This document shows positions 54,311-58,374 of a stretch of 58,374 nt of DNA, one piece after another. Location: positions 63,589,666 through 63,648,039 of the forward strand of contig NC_068990.1 in NCBI RefSeq assembly GCF_001194135.2, given 5' to 3'. Position 1 is the stretch's first letter. The number at the start of each line of letters is the position of its first letter. Made by a program: the position numbers and the translations under genes. Under the pieces are notes generated by a model. It worked only from the letters and a program-made list of their open reading frames with translations. It was not told the origin of the DNA and did not search any database. The stretch is from Octopus bimaculoides (Eukaryota).

Positions 54311-55454
54311 CCCTATATCTTCATCAATGTGACTAAGAATATGTTATTTATTAAGAACATGTCATTATGGTATTTATTGTTGTATACAAAACTGACCTTG
54401 TCGAAAGGATGCCTTCTTCAATAGTAGAAAATCAGTTTTACTTAAGTAACTAGGATTACATTTGGTTAATATGTGTGCTTTCGGTGGGAAACAAAATTTC
54501 AAGTAGCATTTAAATAGCTCAAGTCGTCGCTATCCGTTGGTCTATTATCTCATGTACCCTCTCCAGCGAAGGTATTTCTCCCTCCGTATTATAAATAATA
54601 TTGAAGTAAAACCACAACACTTTAAATCCTTGCGCAGAAATATAAATATTAAAGGTCAGAAAAACCATGTAGGTAATTAACGTTTTATGACTACAGGCCT
54701 ATGGGATATACTATTACACAGTCAACGCTAACGGTTTTCACCCAGTCATTAGTTTCCAAGCAATAAGTTCGCGTTGAGAAGTAATATTTACTCTCAAAAG
54801 TGATAGAACTAACACATGGTTTTATTATACAAATGAAAACAAAGAAATTATCTTGCAGAATAATAGTCATATCAATTGCATACAACAATCCCTCGATTAA
54901 AATAAAAAAGATATTTGTGGAGAAAATATCCAGGTTACTGTGGGATTAGAGTTGAAGGTTTAAAATTGTGTCTCATATAAATAAAAGATATATATTTATG
55001 AAGATATAAACCATACTCTACATAACAGCTATCGCTATATTATATATACTAGTATTGATATTTAACACATTAAGAACATGAGCATGGGTTAATATTAATC
55101 GTACATAGCACACTATATATATANNNNNNNNNNNNNNNNNNNNNNNNNNNNNNNNNNNNNNNNNNNNNNNNNNNNNNNNNNNNNNNNNNNNNNNNNNNNN
55201 NNNNNNNNNNNNNNATATATAACTGAAGAAGGGTAATATTCTTTATGTTGCTTGTCTCGTTTCTCTGTTTGCTTTTTACGCTGTCCGAAAGAAGTTCGTC
55301 TTCTGTCTTCGTCTTTATGTTTTCGTTTCTCATTGTGATTAACGTTTTTTGTGATGTCCTGTACCCATATATGCATGAATGTATACATATAGATGTAGGT
55401 ATGTACATATATGTATGGATATATGCATATATTTATATATCATTTATGTTATAT

Positions 55455-55455
<1 letters not shown>

Positions 55456-55514
<59 letters not shown>
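55456..55514. repeat. (GATA)n microsatellite
   Basis: Directly visible. Confidence 0.97.
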
Positions 55515-55927
55515 CAGCTGCATTACGCCGGACCTTATTTCTGTTTCCGTGACTTTTTAGCAACCGAGCGTATAAGGCTCCCCACTCTACAGGAAAAGTA
55601 GTACCTAAGAGACACGTTCTCAAATGCGCCATTCTCAAACTTATTTTGATCTGCTCATAGATGCTTACAAGTAAAAATAGAATTGCTTATGTTACATAAG
55701 TGAAATATGGCAAATAAATCAATGAGACCAGTGGTATGGATTTAGGTAATTAAGTTTCATGGTGATATATTGAATGTCGACCACAAAAATTCTCAACAAA
55801 TTTTTCTTCAAATTGAAATTTGTTTCCTGCAGCAAAAATAAGTGAAAATTATTTCAAGAAATTAAAAATAAATCTCCGGTGTTTGGACTGTCTGTATGTG
55901 CACGTGTCGATTAATTGTATATCAAGT

Positions 55928-56248
55928 GAAGGCACATGGCTTGGTGGTTAGGGTATTCGACTCACGATCGTAAGGTAGTGATTTCGATACACGGCGATAT
56001 GTTATGTCCTTGAACAGGACATTTTATTTCCCGTTGCTCCAGTCCACTCAACTGGCAAAAATGAGTAGTGCCTGTATTTCAAAGGGCTAGCCTTTCCGCA
56101 TTCTGTATTACGTTGAACCTTCTTAAGAACTACATCAACAACACTGTGTCTTTCGAGTGCTCAGCCACTTTGCACGTTAACTTCACTAGCAGGCTGTTCC
56201 GTTGATCGGATCAACTGGAACACTCGTCATTGCAAATGACGAAGTGCC
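55928..56248 (+). mobile_element. tRNA-derived SINE family C
   Basis: GGCACATGGCTTGGTGGTTAGGG head, GTCCTTGAACAGGACA core, CAGGCTGTTCCGTTGATCGGATCAAC tail. Confidence 0.8.
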
Positions 56249-56786
56249 TTAATTTATATCAAACCAAGGCTGTATGATGGCTGAACATTGATTTCATTTG
56301 AAGTAATCAGTTCAAATCCTCTTATAAGTATTATCTAAGAGAGGCTCTATCCTGGAGAGCTTTGAGTTAATCTTGTATTGATAGATGCTTCTCAGTGGGA
56401 CAAATTATATATATTGACGCTTTCACGTGTTTGAGAGATAAATGAATATTTATAAGTGGGCGTGTCTTGTGTTGTACAATCTTAATGAAAATTGGACAAC
56501 CCATCGTAATTTTTAAATCCTAAACCGAAACTCAAATATTTTAATGAATCAATTTCTATTAAATGTGGATACAAAGAATGTGATTATAAACGTATTGCAC
56601 ATTTTGCAATCAAGAATGTATTCTGGTTGTTTGTTTTTGTAACCATGTCTGTAATTTTGGGAAACGTGAACTAAATTTTGCTTTGCGTAGTAATATTTCA
56701 ATTTTATCAGAAATACTTTCAGGTGATTTAATCTTTCCTAAGAATTTTTTATTGGTCTAAGACTTGTAATTTATGTATTGTAAAAC

Positions 56787-56995
56787 AATCCTTTCTACTA
56801 TAGACACAAGGCCTGAAATTTGGGGGAGGGAGATAATCGATCTCAGTGCTCAACTGGCACTTATTTTATCGACCCCGAAAGGATGAAAAACAAAGTCGAA
56901 CTCAGTGGAATTTGAACTCAGGACGTAAAGACAGACGAAATACCACTAAGCATTTCAATTGGCGTGCTAGAGATTCTGCCAGCTCACCGCCTTTT
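56787..56995 (-). mobile_element. SINE family A, variant tail
   Basis: Reverse-strand copy; TSD TGTATTGTAA at 56774-83 and 56995-57004. Confidence 0.85.
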
Positions 56996-57303
56996 GTATT
57001 GTAATATAATGATATATGTAAGCCGCTAAATCGAATATAGAAACTCCCATGCATCAGTATTCAATAAGTCTCTATATTGAAGGACTACGACGTTAATATG
57101 TGTAAGCAGTGTTATATGTAAGATCAAGTCAAATGCACAACCCTACATCAAATGCACCGTTGTTTTGCGCATTATAAGTCAAGGAACAATGACGTAGAAA
57201 TCTAAGGACTTTACATCGAAATATATATTTGATAGAATGAACCGCATGTAGTCTAACAAAGTTACGATTGCTCAAAGTGTAGACAACTTGGGCAACATTT
57301 AAT

Positions 57304-57642
57304 AATATTGCTTTCAAATTTTGGTACAAAGCCAGCAATTCCGGGGGAAGGACGTAAGTCGATTATATCAACCCCAGTACTCATTTTATCGGACCTTAAA
57401 TTATTAAAATCAAAGTCGACCTCAGCCAAATTTGAACGTGAAGACGGATGAAATGCTGCAAAATATTTTGCCTGGCACGCTAACGATTCAGCTAGATCGC
57501 CGCCTTTTGAACATACAAATATTGGTTTCAAATTTTGACACAAGGCCAGCAGTTTCCAGGGCAGGGATAAGTCATTTACATCGACCCCAGGATTCAACTG
57601 GTACTTATTTTATCCTAAAAGGGAAGGGGGAAAGGCAAAGTC
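57304..57642 (-). mobile_element. Tandem SINE family A copies (57304-57506 full, 57518-57642 5'-truncated)
   Basis: Two reverse-strand copies, each ending at AATATT. Confidence 0.85.
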
Positions 57643-57782
57643 AGTCTCAGCAGAAAACATTTATATATGTTGAAATGTAAAAATATACCTTTTCAAATAA
57701 TAAACTTTGAGAAAAGAATTTTCCTGCAATACTTTTTCCAGTCTCCGTTCATGATATACATGGACATGTTTATGTATATATA

Positions 57783-57822
57783 TAGACAGACAGACAGACA
57801 GCAGAGAGATAGACAGACAGAC

Positions 57823-57870
<48 letters not shown>

Positions 57871-57880
57871 NNNNNNNNNN

Positions 57881-57932
<52 letters not shown>

Positions 57933-57933
57933 T

Positions 57934-57964
<31 letters not shown>
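57783..57964. repeat. Compound (GACA)/(GA)/(GATA)n microsatellite
   Basis: Directly visible. Confidence 0.96.
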
Positions 57965-57968
<4 letters not shown>

Positions 57969-58340
57969 TGGGTGGCTTATTAGCAAGTTAACACCCTAAA
58001 GGAAAATTTATAGACGTCACTAAAGTGACAGAGTACTAAGTGGTACCGGCATTACTAGAAATAAGAGTCAAACCAAGTCACTAGCCACAAGAGCACTGTC
58101 TCCCTTGCCACTCATTAAGATACATATATAAGATATATATATAAGTGTTTTAAACAAAGTTTACATTAATCTGATGGGTTACTCTATACTTTCGTAGAGT
58201 ACAAATTTATTATTCTTAAAAAAGAATATCGTTGACAATGACTTCGAAGTTTCAACCAGTTGACCCATCGTCGGACTTCCTGCCAGTGTGACGATAGCTT
58301 AACTGGCTGAAAATTCAAAGACACTGTCAATAATATTCTT

Positions 58341-58374
<34 letters not shown>

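Noticed and set aside
55220-55300. CTGAAGAAGGG...CCGAAAGAAG near (TA)n
   Set aside because: Stem III and stem I cannot be formed convincingly.

Overview
AT-rich, microsatellite-dense animal genomic DNA with many N gaps next to (TA)n runs. The SINE families and repeat profile suggest an octopus (inference from recalled consensus sequences, not a database search). One plausible host gene lies on the minus strand: two phase-1-compatible coding exons (15581-15206 and 11843-11518) give a 233-aa protein with a possible CCDC190-like N-terminal coiled coil. A decayed 103-bp duplicate of part of its second coding exon sits in the intron. The rest is transposon-derived: a full-length but dead DD34E Tc1 with perfect TIRs, a second truncated Tc1, Penelope-like element (PLE) relics including a Naiad-like RT/GIY-YIG relic, L2/CR1 and RTE LINE fragments, MITE-like foldbacks, and over 20 copies or fragments of three tRNA-derived SINE families. 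Best leads: (1) a ~460-bp foldback carrying an inverted pair of minimal hammerhead-ribozyme motifs, plus further hammerhead-like motifs next to (TA)n; (2) an in-frame TGA at a conserved Cys of the Naiad-like endonuclease, either a selenocysteine relic or simple decay; (3) SINE target-site duplications that repeatedly start with AATAT(T), including two SINEs inserted head-to-head at one AATATT palindrome. All alignments were done by eye.
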